Assembly: GCA_018065085.1 (NCBI GenBank)
Contig: JAGHUA010000031.1
Location: 2,288 to 66,287 of the forward strand
From: Candidatus Liminaster caballi
GTDB lineage: Bacteria; Bacteroidota; Bacteroidia; Bacteroidales; UBA3663
Length of the DNA: 64,000 nt
Direction of reading: 5' to 3'
Below, piece after piece: positions 47,434 through 58,938 of this stretch. Within the stretch, counting starts at the first letter, position 1, and the number at the start of each line of letters is the position of its first letter. The position numbers and the translations under genes were made by a program. The notes under the pieces are model-generated. The model was given only the letters and a program-made list of their open reading frames with translations. It did not search any database and was not told where the DNA came from.

Positions 47434-49989
47434 TTATTCGCCAGCATTGTTATCGGTTGATTCTGTTGATTCACTCTCGTTCTGAGCAGCAGCCTCAGGT
47501 GCGGCGGTCTCAGAGTTTGCTTCTGCATTTGACTCAGAAGAAGACTCTGCAGAAGTTTCAGCAGCAGCTTCCGGAGCAGTCTCAGCAGCAGCAGGTGCTA
47601 CAAGACCGGCTTCTTCCTTTGTCTCGACAGGAACAATCAGGTAAGGAATAGTTGTAGAGAACATCTCGCCACGGCTGTTCTTGATCTCACGATGGAAGAC
47701 GATACGAGCCTGAGCGCGATACTTACCCTGATAGTTGCCAGTCTTATATGGAGTCTCGTTAACCTTGAAGGTAACATCATCCAACTGATATGGCTTAATC
47801 TCAGCAAAGATAATCTCCTTGACAGCCTCTACGAACTTCTGTGGGTTGACAAGCCACTTGCCTGACTCCTCGTCGAAGTAACCAGGAACCTTTGGATCAT
47901 CCTCATACAAACCTGAGTTGGTGAGCCAGTACTGACCGTCACGCCATGGACGGATAGTATCGTTCCACAAAGACTGTGCCTGAGCCTTACCGATTGAGTC
48001 TTCGATTACGAATGGAAGACTGAGATCGTTCTCAGTTACACCAAAGTGGAAGGTAACTGTTTCAGGTGCACCTGCAATAGTAAACTGGTTGATGCCATCC
48101 TCAATGCTGACGATATTTTCATCAATATCAGACAGACCAAGATTATGCATTGCAGCAATAACTTCCTGCTTGTTGATTGGGTTGACAAACGAGTCGTCAA
48201 CACCGTTCCAAGGACGCTGGATGCGGACCGTACTCTTCGAACGTGCAATATTGTTGAAGAACTCTGCTACATTATTATATAATGCGCGCGCGTCTTCAGC
48301 ACCTGCCATAGCAACACGGAAACGAGCCACACCTTCGTCCTCACCGCTCAGTGTAACCTGTGGGTGGAACTGAATGAACATAGCATAGATCTCGCGACGG
48401 TTGATCTGCTCCTGAGTAATGACACTGTCATAGTAGGTTGAGAAAGTACCGTCATCGTTCTTCTCATTGCGACCGACATAGAGTGTGCGGATCATAGCTG
48501 TGTCAAGCTTATGACCCCAGATGCTTGAGAAACGAGCAGCAATCGAATCCTTCGAGATAAACTCCTTCAGGCTGTCACGACTTGCAGGCTCACCGTAGAA
48601 GATAGGACGCTGGTTGCCATTAGCAGCATAATAGTTCTTCAAACTGTCAACGAAGCTCTTCTTCAATGAGTCAGCCTCGGCACGACCAGCGATCTCGACA
48701 CGGAAAGGAAGGTTGCGACGAGAGTTTACATATACTGAGTCACCATAGTTACGCAAGCGGTTGTTGGTGATATACTCAATATAGTAGTTATCGCTGAGCT
48801 CCTTATTATCAAGAGATGTTTGCGTATGCGCGAGCATATTAAAATTAGTAGGAAGGAGATAAGTAAGACCGGTTGACTGCTGGAAGGCAGAAACAATCAT
48901 GTTCTTATCAACATTCTCTACGAATGCAGAGTCAACACCATTGACGCTATGTACCTGAATTGCAACAGGATTAGCTTCAAGGATTGAATCAAGTTCAGCC
49001 ATGTGGATTGAATCTTGACGGTTAGCCTCGACATTCTTGGCATAAACCGAAGCATCTGGCTGCCAGTACTTCTTGCTGATAGTTGTATTGCGGAAATTAA
49101 GACCCACTTTCAACTCAGTGATGAAAGGGAAAATCTTATTGAGGCCAGCAGACTTGAAGCCATCACCGCGATAAGCATCATAGCGGAAGAACATCAGACC
49201 TGCACTTGCGCCGAGCGACCACTGGAGGAAACGCTTATGGTTGTAATTGAAACCAGGGAAGTCATAACCGCCTGTGATACCGGCACTGAATACATTACCA
49301 TTCTTGAATCCCTTAAGAATCATCTTATTATTAATGGTGACATTCATGTATTCACCGTATGCACCGATATAGTATCGGCCAGGGAACATCTCAGTGCGAC
49401 GCTTCACAGTCGAAGTAACAGTGCTGTCAATCTTTTGCTGAATGCGTGCCTCCTTCGACATTACCAACTTGGTAGCGTATGGATTACCGGCATTGATACC
49501 AGCTGTATCAGGCACCATTACCTCAATTGGCTTGGTCAGCCATTGCTCATTAACCCACATAGCAGCCTTAGTCAAACCACGGCGCTGGTCCTTACGTTCG
49601 TTGAAACGGAAATGCCAACGATACTCTGCGCGAGCACGCAAATAATAGAGAGCACTCGTAGTATAATCCTTCTTGTCAAGGAAACGCTCCTTGCCAGGAC
49701 GATACGACAACTGGAAGAAAATAGAAGGACAAGAGATGACTGTTGGGTCCTTCAGATCGTACTCGAAACCGATGTTCGGTGCGAAAATCATCCATTCCAG
49801 CAAGTTCGTAGACCAAGTGATGTTGGAGAACTTCTTAACAGTGTCGTTCGGCAAATCAAGTGGTTTGTAGTTACTACGACTCTCTGAGAGGTTCAGCTTC
49901 TTATACTGCGACTGGTCTGCCTTGACAACGCCTGCTGACATTGCCATCATTCCAATCACGCACAAGAGTGAAAAGAAAACCTTCTTCAT
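47434..49989 (-). CDS. DUF3575-barrel fusion protein, 851 aa, with an acidic Ala/Glu/Ser-rich tail
   Basis: It has a signal peptide. The N-terminal ITWSTNLLEWMIFAPNIGFEYDL ... RAEYRWHF is DUF3575-like. This is followed by a ~500-aa unassigned region and a ~60-aa low-complexity tail (APAAAETAPEAAAETSAESSSESNAEANSE). Confidence 0.7.
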   Translation of the reverse strand: MKKVFFSLLCVIGMMAMSAGVVKADQSQYKKLNLSESRSNYKPLDLPNDTVKKFSNITWSTNLLEWMIFAPNIGFEYDLKDPTVISCPSIFFQLSYRPGKERFLDKKDYTTSALYYLRARAEYRWHFRFNERKDQRRGLTKAAMWVNEQWLTKPIEVMVPDTAGINAGNPYATKLVMSKEARIQQKIDSTVTSTVKRRTEMFPGRYYIGAYGEYMNVTINNKMILKGFKNGNVFSAGITGGYDFPGFNYNHKRFLQWSLGASAGLMFFRYDAYRGDGFKSAGLNKIFPFITELKVGLNFRNTTISKKYWQPDASVYAKNVEANRQDSIHMAELDSILEANPVAIQVHSVNGVDSAFVENVDKNMIVSAFQQSTGLTYLLPTNFNMLAHTQTSLDNKELSDNYYIEYITNNRLRNYGDSVYVNSRRNLPFRVEIAGRAEADSLKKSFVDSLKNYYAANGNQRPIFYGEPASRDSLKEFISKDSIAARFSSIWGHKLDTAMIRTLYVGRNEKNDDGTFSTYYDSVITQEQINRREIYAMFIQFHPQVTLSGEDEGVARFRVAMAGAEDARALYNNVAEFFNNIARSKSTVRIQRPWNGVDDSFVNPINKQEVIAAMHNLGLSDIDENIVSIEDGINQFTIAGAPETVTFHFGVTENDLSLPFVIEDSIGKAQAQSLWNDTIRPWRDGQYWLTNSGLYEDDPKVPGYFDEESGKWLVNPQKFVEAVKEIIFAEIKPYQLDDVTFKVNETPYKTGNYQGKYRAQARIVFHREIKNSRGEMFSTTIPYLIVPVETKEEAGLVAPAAAETAPEAAAETSAESSSESNAEANSETAAPEAAAQNESESTESTDNNAGE

Positions 49990-50040
49990 AATAGTCTTAT
50001 TCTTTTACTTATTTTTTTCTTATTAAATGCGATGCTTCCA

Positions 50041-51510
50041 TTAATATTCAGTCAATGGAGCCGACAGACGGATGTCGCCCGACTGCATCATGTAGTTCTG
50101 ACCAACACTCAGACCCTTCATAAAGAGCTGACCCTTGGCAAGCACATATTTATGACCCAGCTTCTTGGCGTTCTGTATATTAGTCTCAGCCTTTTCGAAC
50201 TCGCTTGCTTGATCGTCCTTCGAACACTGGCGCTTACCCTGGTTGACAGTCATGATAGCATTTGTGACAAGTACGTTAATATCAAGGGCCAAATCAATAC
50301 CAGCGCTCTTCACTGTCGATGCAACGGCAAGAATGATTGTACTCTTAAGATTATAGAAACGCATATCATTGTCGATAAGTTCTATAGCCTTGTTGATTGT
50401 AGTGTTTCCAAGGCTGTAACGCTTCTGCAAATGATATGTGAGTGCCTGATAGTAATAAGCCTCAGCATGCTGGTTGTCATTCTCAGCCAGTTCGTATGCA
50501 CGCTCATAATTGCGGAGGGCTGTGTCAAAGTCCTTCTGGTCGAGTGCACGGTTACCCAATGTACGGAACTTGGCATAAGTTGCACCGATGTTGGCATAGT
50601 AGGTATCAACCTTACGGGTCAATGCCTCCTTTGGCCAGCGTGAGCTCATCTCTTCACTGCGCTTGGCAAGATAAGCCTCATCATTCTTGTGAGCCTCAAT
50701 CTCGCTCTCTGGGTGAATCTTGATATACTCAGCAAATGGAATCACAAGCATACGGCTTGACTCGCAGACCTCAATCTTACGATCCATCACATAAGCACTG
50801 TAGTTATTAGAATTCTCCTTGAGGAAAGCATCCTCACGCTCGAACTCAGTCTGGATAGCGGTAAGACGACTGTAATAGTCCTGTGACTTCTTATTGTCCT
50901 TTCGGATTGACTCGATGTTAACCTTCATCTGCTCATTGATTGGCAGCATGATACCGTTGTAGATAATCCATGGATCAGCCTTTTCGCCCTGAGCCTGGAC
51001 GAAAGCCATGATCTTAGCCGAACGAGTTTCGAAATCCACACAACTTGAGAAACGAGCATAGTCGAGCATCTGCTGCATTTCATTCCACTGATTGCCGTTG
51101 TCACGGCCTGCGTAGTTATAAGTGTCAGGATTGAGGCCTGCAGCATAGTAATCATTGTAAATCTGATCGAGCTGATCGAGATAATTCTGATTACTGCTTT
51201 CGCCGAGCAGGTTACGAAGAGCAAAACGCGCATAACCATAGACGTTACGGTTACGCGAATATTCCTTCTTAGCCTGAGGGTAGAGATCAAGCATCTCGTG
51301 CCAGCTCTTGCTGGCCTGGAGGCGCTGCATCTGCTGCAGTACACCTTCAGTCTCTTCTTCCACAACTTCAGCTCCAGGATTGTCAGACTTCAAAACATTT
51401 TCCTTATACCAGGCCTCCTGCTTCATACCAGGATACTGTGCCCAAGATTCAGACACAAATCCGGTCATCATAGCAGCAAGCGCCATTACTACAAGAAGAT
51501 GTTGTTTCAT
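50041..51510 (-). CDS. Secreted all-helical TPR-like protein, 489 aa
   Basis: It has a signal peptide (MALAAMMTGFVSESWAQ) and a TPR-like segment (ALRNYERAYELAENDNQHAEAYYYQALTYHLQKRY). It is the first gene of the operon. A TATATTTG box on the minus strand lies at 51613-51606. Confidence 0.65.
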   Translation of the reverse strand: MKQHLLVVMALAAMMTGFVSESWAQYPGMKQEAWYKENVLKSDNPGAEVVEEETEGVLQQMQRLQASKSWHEMLDLYPQAKKEYSRNRNVYGYARFALRNLLGESSNQNYLDQLDQIYNDYYAAGLNPDTYNYAGRDNGNQWNEMQQMLDYARFSSCVDFETRSAKIMAFVQAQGEKADPWIIYNGIMLPINEQMKVNIESIRKDNKKSQDYYSRLTAIQTEFEREDAFLKENSNNYSAYVMDRKIEVCESSRMLVIPFAEYIKIHPESEIEAHKNDEAYLAKRSEEMSSRWPKEALTRKVDTYYANIGATYAKFRTLGNRALDQKDFDTALRNYERAYELAENDNQHAEAYYYQALTYHLQKRYSLGNTTINKAIELIDNDMRFYNLKSTIILAVASTVKSAGIDLALDINVLVTNAIMTVNQGKRQCSKDDQASEFEKAETNIQNAKKLGHKYVLAKGQLFMKGLSVGQNYMMQSGDIRLSAPLTEY

Positions 51511-51876
51511 ATCTAAAAATTTTTTAATTAATTTTCAAATTTAGAGTTTTGAAATAACCATAGGTTCACTATACCTTGAACATGAATAATTCACAAAACT
51601 GCGCGCAAATATATAGATAAATCACATACGCGCGAGAAATATTTGGCAATAATTTAAACAAAAAGCGTAAAAAATTATAAAAATCTCAAAAATTACAACT
51701 TTACATAGCAAAATAAGTCATCAAAATTTAACTTACATGCTAATAGAAATAATCAAAAATCAAGCAATTTTTATCAATTGTGCAATCGTTATTCTTATGT
51801 ATATTTTTATAACAAAAAAAGTGTTGAAAACTCTCAAAATAACTATATTCAATGAAGAGTTTTCAACACTGTATTT

Positions 51877-53277
51877 TCAGTTGTTTACCACCAGATAAAC
51901 CTTGTCTGAAGGTCTGATTTTGGTTGGCACTTTGATAGAAAATCTATCGCCTTTATTGACTTTTTCTACCACTTTATAATCAACCTGAATTTCGTCGAGC
52001 GTAATTTCTACCACACCTGTCGTTGGTCCGATGATGAGTATTTTGTCGCCCTTATTGAGTTCATGAGCCTCGCAAAGGAAGTCGCCTATACCTATCTTAC
52101 TGAACCATCCCATGGTCTTTGCAGCATATTCTTTGTGTTCTTTTGCCAGCGATCCGTATTCATGACTCCATTCGCCCAAACGCTGACCGAGGTAATATCC
52201 ATTCCAGAATCCACGGTTGAAGACACGTGCCAGTTCCTTGTCCCAGACGTTGACAAGTTCCTGCCAGTTGTCAGGCAAAACGCAATGACCCGACTGATCG
52301 ATGTCGCTCTTCTCAATGATACGTGCTGCCTCACTGTAGCATCCAACAACAGTTTTCACATATTCAGGACCACGTGCTCGGCCCTCAATCTTGAACACCT
52401 CCACACCTGCATCGACCATCTTATTCATGAAATGGATGGTCTTGAGATCTTTTGGCGACATTATATATTTATTATCTATGGTGAGCTGTATGTCGTGATC
52501 CAGATCGTCGAGCAGATAACGGTCTTCTTTATTATTAATAATGTTCGCGTCGTACGCGTGACGGCAAACCTGTGCACAAGCACCACGGTTTGCACTCCTT
52601 CCGTATTCATGAAGGCTCATATAGCATTTGCCCGACACAGCCATACACAGAGCTCCATGGGCGAACATCTCTATACGCACCAGTTCTCCCTTTGGTCCGC
52701 GTATATTCTGCTTTATGATCTCTTCATGAATATGTGTTACCTGCTCCATATTAAGTTCACGAGCCAGTACCACCACATCGGCAAACTGGGCATAGAACTT
52801 TAATGCCTCGACATTGCTTATGTTCAACTGTGTGGAGAGATGCACCTCTATGCGAGGTTTATGATCGGTTCTGTCCCATCCGCGCGCATAGGTCATTGCT
52901 GCCACATCGCTGGCAATGATGGCTGTAATGCCGGCTTCTGATGCAGCATCGATTATTCGGCGCATCTTATCCAGATCTCCGTCATACATGATGGTGTTGA
53001 CAGTCAGATAGCTGTTCAGCGGCTTACCCTTATGAGTGCCTGTAACCGTCTCTGGATAAATAACTTCCTGAGGCGACACATAGTTTTCTGGCATCTGTCC
53101 GTTTCGGCAAATCTCAGCAATCTTAGGCAGATCATCGATTGTGAAATTATTGGCAGAACCCGAACGCATATTCAGACCCTGAATACCAAAATACACACTG
53201 CCTGCGCCTGCCTGTATAGCGGCTGCCAACGACTCATAGCAACCCACAGGAGCCATTATCTCCAATGACCTTTTCAT
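51877..53277 (-). CDS. Peptidase U32 family protein
   Basis: The N-terminal LEIMAPVGCYESLAAAIQAGAGSVYFG and overall length are typical of U32 collagenase-like proteins. Confidence 0.9.
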   Translation of the reverse strand: MKRSLEIMAPVGCYESLAAAIQAGAGSVYFGIQGLNMRSGSANNFTIDDLPKIAEICRNGQMPENYVSPQEVIYPETVTGTHKGKPLNSYLTVNTIMYDGDLDKMRRIIDAASEAGITAIIASDVAAMTYARGWDRTDHKPRIEVHLSTQLNISNVEALKFYAQFADVVVLARELNMEQVTHIHEEIIKQNIRGPKGELVRIEMFAHGALCMAVSGKCYMSLHEYGRSANRGACAQVCRHAYDANIINNKEDRYLLDDLDHDIQLTIDNKYIMSPKDLKTIHFMNKMVDAGVEVFKIEGRARGPEYVKTVVGCYSEAARIIEKSDIDQSGHCVLPDNWQELVNVWDKELARVFNRGFWNGYYLGQRLGEWSHEYGSLAKEHKEYAAKTMGWFSKIGIGDFLCEAHELNKGDKILIIGPTTGVVEITLDEIQVDYKVVEKVNKGDRFSIKVPTKIRPSDKVYLVVNN

Positions 53278-53288
53278 AATTTGTCTTA

Positions 53289-54242
53289 TCAGCTAAGTTC
53301 GAGCATACGGTCGATAGGGAGCTTGGCTCTTTCGATGATATTCTCGTCAACATGAATCTCCGGGGTCTCATCGCGCAGACATGCATACAGTTTCTCAAGT
53401 GTATTGAGGCGCATGTAGGCGCATTCATTGCATGAGCAACCCACACTTCCCTCGGTAATCTCTGGAGGCACAGGTATGAAGGTCTTGTCTGGTGCCTGAC
53501 GCTGCATCTCGTGCAGAATGCCACTCTCGGTGGCAACAATGAATTCATTGCAGCTGTCTTCAACGGCAAACTTAAGCAATACGGCAGTAGAACCAACCTT
53601 ATCGGCCAGCAGCACTACCGGACGCTTACACTCAGGGTGTACCAGCACCTTGGCGTCAGGATGTTCGGCCTTAAGTTTGAGGATAGCTTCTGTAGAGAAC
53701 TGTTCGTGTACGTGACAAGCACCGTCCCAAAGCAACATATCCCTGCCTGTCACGGCATTTATATATGAACCAAGGTTACGGTCAGGAGCAAAGATGATCT
53801 TCTCATCCTTTGGCAGTGAGTTGACAATCTTCAGTGCATTGCCAGAGGTCACTACGATGTCAGTATGATATTTCACGGCTGCTGTAGTATTCACATAGCT
53901 CAACACCGTGTAGCCGGGATGTTCGCCAACAAACTTGCCGAAGTCGTCAGCCGGACATGAGTCAGCCAACGAACAGCCTGCCTCAAGATCTGGCACCAGC
54001 ACCTTCTTCTGCGGACAGAGAATCTTACATGTCTCACCCATGAAGTGCACACCGCACATCACAATCACATCGGCATCCGACTTGGCAGCTTTCTGTGCCA
54101 ATGCCAGTGAGTCACCCACAAAGTCGGCTATATCCTGAATATCTCCAATCGTATAGTAGTGAGCCAGGATCACTGCGTTCTTTTCGCTCTTCAGTCGTTT
54201 GATTTCCTCAATCAGTTCTTTCTTATCCATAGTTTTCAACAA
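53289..54242 (-). CDS. nadA: Quinolinate synthase A
   Basis: NAVILAHYY near the N-terminus, three-fold internal architecture and length of ~315 aa. A TAACTTTG box on the minus strand lies at 54444-54437. Confidence 0.95.
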   Translation of the reverse strand: MLKTMDKKELIEEIKRLKSEKNAVILAHYYTIGDIQDIADFVGDSLALAQKAAKSDADVIVMCGVHFMGETCKILCPQKKVLVPDLEAGCSLADSCPADDFGKFVGEHPGYTVLSYVNTTAAVKYHTDIVVTSGNALKIVNSLPKDEKIIFAPDRNLGSYINAVTGRDMLLWDGACHVHEQFSTEAILKLKAEHPDAKVLVHPECKRPVVLLADKVGSTAVLLKFAVEDSCNEFIVATESGILHEMQRQAPDKTFIPVPPEITEGSVGCSCNECAYMRLNTLEKLYACLRDETPEIHVDENIIERAKLPIDRMLELS

Positions 54243-54682
54243 ATTCTATAATTATTATATTTCTTTTTTTGAAAAAAAATTTTTAATCAAAAAACTCTAA
54301 TGCTTATTATGGTAGCAGTGTTGAAAAGTTAATAACTTTGTGCCTCAGAAGTTATGAATGTTTATAAACATCGTTTTCCATATCATAAAAACACTATAGT
54401 CCTTTATCAACATATCAACATATATGCTTTCGGGCGCAAAGTTAATAAATATTTTTCAAACTTGGTGATGAAAACCCTACTTTTTTCAGTTAAAAAGATT
54501 TTTACAAATTGTGAATAAAAAATTTGGCAGTTATAAAAAACATATTATGCCGCATAAATATCATATCTCCAAATTATCTGGCAATTATTTATAAAAAAGT
54601 TTTCAATGATAATTATCAACATTTTCAACACTTTTTGAACATCTTATTTGTTTATCTCAAAAAATAAATATATCTTTGCGGC

Positions 54683-55225
54683 ATGAAAAAGTTGACAATG
54701 CTCGAAATGGGTCGTATCAACGCAACCGAATTTAAGGCTGCCAGCAAGATGCCTCTCATTATTATATTAGATAATGTGCGTTCGCTGAACAATATAGGTT
54801 CGGTGTTCCGCACCAGCGATGCTTTCCGCGTTGAGAGCATTTATCTGTGCGGCATTTCTGCCACTCCCCCATCGCCTGAGATTCATAAGACTGCCCTCGG
54901 TGCAGAGGATTCTGTCGATTGGCAGTATTTTGAGGATACTCACGAAGCCGTGCGTCAGTTGCAGCAGGCAGGATACCGAGTCATGTCCATCGAGCAATGC
55001 CAGGGTTCTACCATGCTTGATACCTGGACACCTGACTTTAGCCAGTATCAGGGTTATGCGGTTGTTATGGGCAACGAGGTGAAGGGCGTACAGCAATCAG
55101 TGGTTGATATGTGCGACGGTTGTCTTGAGATTCCTCAGTTTGGCACAAAACATTCGCTCAATGTAAGTGTCACCACAGGTCTTGTCATCTGGGACTTCTT
55201 CAAGGCTTATAAAGATAAACTCTGA
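54683..55225 (+). CDS. TrmH/SpoU-family RNA 2'-O-methyltransferase
   Basis: Motifs are [21 protein letters not shown] and [26 protein letters not shown] box at 54671-54678 ends only 4 nt before the ATG, so the mRNA is nearly leaderless or the true start is M6/M9. Confidence 0.85.
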   Translation: MKKLTMLEMGRINATEFKAASKMPLIIILDNVRSLNNIGSVFRTSDAFRVESIYLCGISATPPSPEIHKTALGAEDSVDWQYFEDTHEAVRQLQQAGYRVMSIEQCQGSTMLDTWTPDFSQYQGYAVVMGNEVKGVQQSVVDMCDGCLEIPQFGTKHSLNVSVTTGLVIWDFFKAYKDKL

Positions 55226-55233
55226 ATAATGTT

Positions 55234-57891
55234 ATGGCAAAAGCACAAGATCCGAAAGACACTCCGCTGCTGAAACAATATTTCGAACTCAAGGCAAAAT
55301 ATCACGATGCAATTATCCTGTATCGTGTAGGTGACTTCTACGAAACTTTCTGCGACGATGCTGCCACAGCTCATGATATTCTCGGAATCACTCTTACCTC
55401 TCGTGCCGGAAGTCCATTGGCTGGTTTTCCCTATCATGCTCTTGATACATATCTGCCTAAACTTGTCCGTGCCGGCAAGCGTGTGGCTATATGCGAACAG
55501 CTTGAGGATCCTAAGCTGACCAAGAAACTGGTGAAACGTGGAGTCACCGAACTTATCACTCCGGGTCTTACTCTTGGCGATAATGTGCTCAATGCACGTG
55601 AGAATAATTTCCTTGCTGCCGTGACTTTCGGCAGTGTCACCGGACGTTCGTCACGCCAGAATCCGACTGCTCAGGTAGGTCTTACTCTTCTTGACATTTC
55701 TACAGGCGAATTTCTCACAGCCGAAGGTACTTTCGACTATATTGACAAACTCATTGCCAACTATTCTCCTAAGGAGATGCTGTTTGTCAAAGGTATGCGT
55801 CAGCATTACAATGATCATTTCACTACTCATCCCTACTGTTACGAACTCGAAGATTTCTATTTCAGCTACGACAATGCACGTCGTCTGCTGCTCGATCTCT
55901 TCAATACGCAGTCACTTAAGGGATTCGGTATTGACGAGATGTATCTGTCGATAACATCTGCCGGTGCAATATTGCGTTATCTTGATGCCACACAGCATAA
56001 GAACATCCGCCACATCACTACCATCCGCCGCATAGACAATGAGGCATACATGCGTCTTGACAAGTTCACCATCCGCAGCCTTGAACTCGTCTATCCTATG
56101 AACGAAGGCGGCACTTCGCTGCTCAATGTCATTGATGCCACCACTACCCCGATGGGCAGTCGTCTGCTGCATCGCTGGATACTTTTCCCGTTGATTCACT
56201 CCGAGAGCATACGCGAGCGTCTCAATGTTGTGGAATATTTCTTCCGTGATCCTGATATGGCCGAAACTGTCGAAGAGAGTCTTAAGCATCTTGGCGATAT
56301 GGAACGTATCATCGGCAAGGTGGCTGTAGGTCGTGTCACTCCGCGCGAGATTGTCCAGCTCCGTGTGGCTCTTGAGTCATTGAAAGAAATTAAGAACGTA
56401 TGCCAACAGGCCGATCTGCCACAGTTGCAGAACATTGCCGAACAGATCAACACCTGCGACCGCATTGCCGACCGTATCTACCGTGAGATAGAACCGGAAC
56501 CTCCTGTTCAGATTGGCAAGGGTAATGTGATCCGTGCCAATGTCAATACCGAACTCGACGAACTGCGTGCCATTGCCTACAGCGGTAAGGATTATCTGCT
56601 GGCTCTGCAGCAGCGCCTGTCAGAGGAGTATGGCATTCCATCGCTCAAGGTTGCCTACAACAGTGTCTTCGGCTATTATATTGAGGTACGCAACACGCAT
56701 AAGGACAAAGTGCCTGCCGAATGGATTCGCAAACAGACACTCGTTGGTGCCGAACGCTACATCACTCAGGAACTTAAGGAATATGAGGAGAAGATACTCA
56801 CTGCCGAAGAACGTATCCTAAGCCTCGAAACCCAGATCTATCAGGATCTGCTCAAAGCCCTTGAGGAGTATATTCCTATCATTCAGATCGATGCACAGCT
56901 CATGGCTCGTATTGACTGTCTGCTGGCTTTCAGTCGTGTGTCAGCGCGTTATCATTACGTGCGTCCTGATGTTGACGACAGTCTTGTGCTCGACATCCGT
57001 CAGGGTCGTCATCCTGTCATCGAACGTCAGATGCCAGTCGGTGAGTCGTATATTCCTAACGATGTACTGCTTTCGTCCGATGAAGACGGTTCGCAGATTA
57101 TGATGATCACCGGTCCTAATATGGCAGGTAAGTCTGCTCTCTTGCGTCAGACGGCTCTCATCGTGCTCATGGCTCATATCGGCTGTTTCGTTCCTGCCGA
57201 TGCTGCCCATATCGGTATTGTCGATAAGATTTTCACCCGTGTAGGTGCTTCTGACAATATCTCGCTCGGCGAATCTACGTTCATGGTCGAGATGACAGAG
57301 GCTTCTAACATCCTCAATAATCTTTCTCCGCGTTCGCTTGTGCTCTTCGATGAGCTTGGACGTGGCACATCGACCTATGATGGCATCTCCATTGCATGGT
57401 CCATCGTCGAATATGTTCACGAACGTGCTGAGGGTCATCCAAAGATGCTTTTTGCCACTCACTATCATGAGCTCAACGAGATGGAGAAACTCTTCTCACG
57501 CATTCATAACTTCAATGTGAGTGTACGTGAGGAGAATGGCAAGGTTCTGTTCCTTCGCAAACTCAAGCCAGGCGGCAGTGAACATTCATTCGGTATTCAT
57601 GTGGCACGTCTGGCAGGTATGCTGCCTGAGGTTGTGAAGCGTGCCGACGAGGTTCTCAAGACTCTTGAGTCATCTGCTCCTTCTGCCAATAATATGCAGT
57701 CGGCCACAGCTCCAGTCGAAAACATTCGTCCTGCTGGTGCTCCTGCCGGCTATCAGTTCCAGATCTTCGAACTCGATGACCCTGTGCTCAGTCAGATTCG
57801 CGACGAGATCAAGAATCTCGACCCGAACAACATGACTCCGATGGAGGCCCTCAACAAACTTGCAGAGATCAAGAAGATCTGCGGAATATAA
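55234..57891 (+). CDS. mutS: DNA mismatch repair protein MutS
   Basis: The N-terminal mismatch-binding region is [28 protein letters not shown]. Walker A is GPNMAGKS, followed by [12 protein letters not shown]. Confidence 0.97.
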   Translation: MAKAQDPKDTPLLKQYFELKAKYHDAIILYRVGDFYETFCDDAATAHDILGITLTSRAGSPLAGFPYHALDTYLPKLVRAGKRVAICEQLEDPKLTKKLVKRGVTELITPGLTLGDNVLNARENNFLAAVTFGSVTGRSSRQNPTAQVGLTLLDISTGEFLTAEGTFDYIDKLIANYSPKEMLFVKGMRQHYNDHFTTHPYCYELEDFYFSYDNARRLLLDLFNTQSLKGFGIDEMYLSITSAGAILRYLDATQHKNIRHITTIRRIDNEAYMRLDKFTIRSLELVYPMNEGGTSLLNVIDATTTPMGSRLLHRWILFPLIHSESIRERLNVVEYFFRDPDMAETVEESLKHLGDMERIIGKVAVGRVTPREIVQLRVALESLKEIKNVCQQADLPQLQNIAEQINTCDRIADRIYREIEPEPPVQIGKGNVIRANVNTELDELRAIAYSGKDYLLALQQRLSEEYGIPSLKVAYNSVFGYYIEVRNTHKDKVPAEWIRKQTLVGAERYITQELKEYEEKILTAEERILSLETQIYQDLLKALEEYIPIIQIDAQLMARIDCLLAFSRVSARYHYVRPDVDDSLVLDIRQGRHPVIERQMPVGESYIPNDVLLSSDEDGSQIMMITGPNMAGKSALLRQTALIVLMAHIGCFVPADAAHIGIVDKIFTRVGASDNISLGESTFMVEMTEASNILNNLSPRSLVLFDELGRGTSTYDGISIAWSIVEYVHERAEGHPKMLFATHYHELNEMEKLFSRIHNFNVSVREENGKVLFLRKLKPGGSEHSFGIHVARLAGMLPEVVKRADEVLKTLESSAPSANNMQSATAPVENIRPAGAPAGYQFQIFELDDPVLSQIRDEIKNLDPNNMTPMEALNKLAEIKKICGI

Positions 57892-57924
57892 GCACCTTTT
57901 TATTTTCTTCTTCAATGCCACCTA

Positions 57925-58938
57925 CTACAAAAGTCTCAAAGAGAAAGCTTCTGTATAAGCTATGAAACTATGAGACTTTTGGTTGTGTATCCACGCATCT
58001 TCGGCATGACTGGCTTCTACTAACTTTGAAGTGGTCATTGGTCTAAGAATTGTTTCTACATAACTAATTGTATGAAGTTCTTCCTCTGAAAATATAGATA
58101 GTAGATTTTCAGTAGATTCATCACAGTATAGGCGTACAGTCTCTGCTTCATGTACAATGCGACTTTCTTTGTATAGTCCGTCTATATTGTCATATATGGT
58201 ATCAAAATGCTCAGGTACAGGACCATATTGAATTGCACGATAAGTAAGGCCAGAGATACTTGTGCCATACTGGCGGAAGTGACAGAAATCTACATAGAAT
58301 AATTCCTTATTCAGTTTTGTAGGACAGATACCACCTTCAGTAGTCACAAGATATTTGATCAGATTGATGAGTTTATGTGTATTCATCTCACCGAATCCGT
58401 TCATCACAGACCTACTCATTTTACCATAGTACAGATTCTGTTCGGCTGTTTTATCATTGTATTCAGTACAAGCCATCACTCGTTCAGATACTTTTACGAA
58501 TTCCTCTTCGTCAAACACACCACGACTTGCCGACAGCAAAGTTAACAATCCTTGTTTGCTATGGATCATCTGTATCATCTTTCCGTTCGACTCAGAAGGA
58601 ACAGTTCCTTTCTCATACTCTTTATACATATTGATGCCGAAACCCAATATGCGACTTATTTGACTATAGTTTAATCCATAGTGAATGCGTATAGCTTTGA
58701 TTTCCTCAGGGAATGGTATTCCATGTTTCACTCTGTACTGACCATACAGGTCGTTGCACATCAGCGTGTCCTGCTCATCGGTTGTAAACTGCTCGCCTGT
58801 ATCGCAACACTGGTAGTATCGTACATGCACCATGTACTTTTCCTTGCGGAATTCTTTTTCTTCTACATCGCATACCTCCACGACCTTTCCTCCTGTGAAA
58901 GGGCTCTGTATGTCTTTAACTTCTCTTTCTGTGCGCAT
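57925..58938 (-). CDS. MqsA-like zinc-ribbon/HTH protein fused to a Panacea (DUF4065) domain, 337 aa
   Basis: The N-terminal SPFTGGKVVEV...YYQCCDTGEQFTTDEQ plus the HTH IRIHYGLNYSQISRILGFGINMYKEYEKG resemble MqsA. The C-terminal KLNKELFYVDFCHFRQYGTSISGLTYRAIQYGPVPEHF resembles DUF4065/Panacea. Confidence 0.75.
   Translation of the reverse strand: MRTEREVKDIQSPFTGGKVVEVCDVEEKEFRKEKYMVHVRYYQCCDTGEQFTTDEQDTLMCNDLYGQYRVKHGIPFPEEIKAIRIHYGLNYSQISRILGFGINMYKEYEKGTVPSESNGKMIQMIHSKQGLLTLLSASRGVFDEEEFVKVSERVMACTEYNDKTAEQNLYYGKMSRSVMNGFGEMNTHKLINLIKYLVTTEGGICPTKLNKELFYVDFCHFRQYGTSISGLTYRAIQYGPVPEHFDTIYDNIDGLYKESRIVHEAETVRLYCDESTENLLSIFSEEELHTISYVETILRPMTTSKLVEASHAEDAWIHNQKSHSFIAYTEAFSLRLL

Noticed and set aside
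49015-49887. Long plus-strand ORFs antisense to real genes: 49015-49887, 52063-52803, 36049-36732, 31467-32126, 10627-11292, 2629-3216, 8324-8875 and 50032-50643
   Set aside because: Each lies entirely inside a longer opposite-strand gene that has clear family motifs. Their compositions are biased and low-complexity, typical of shadow ORFs.
54671-54685. Leaderless mRNA for the TrmH-family gene (the -7 box ends 4 nt before the ATG)
   Set aside because: It is equally well explained by use of a downstream Met (M6 or M9) as the true start. It cannot be resolved from sequence alone and has low biological novelty.
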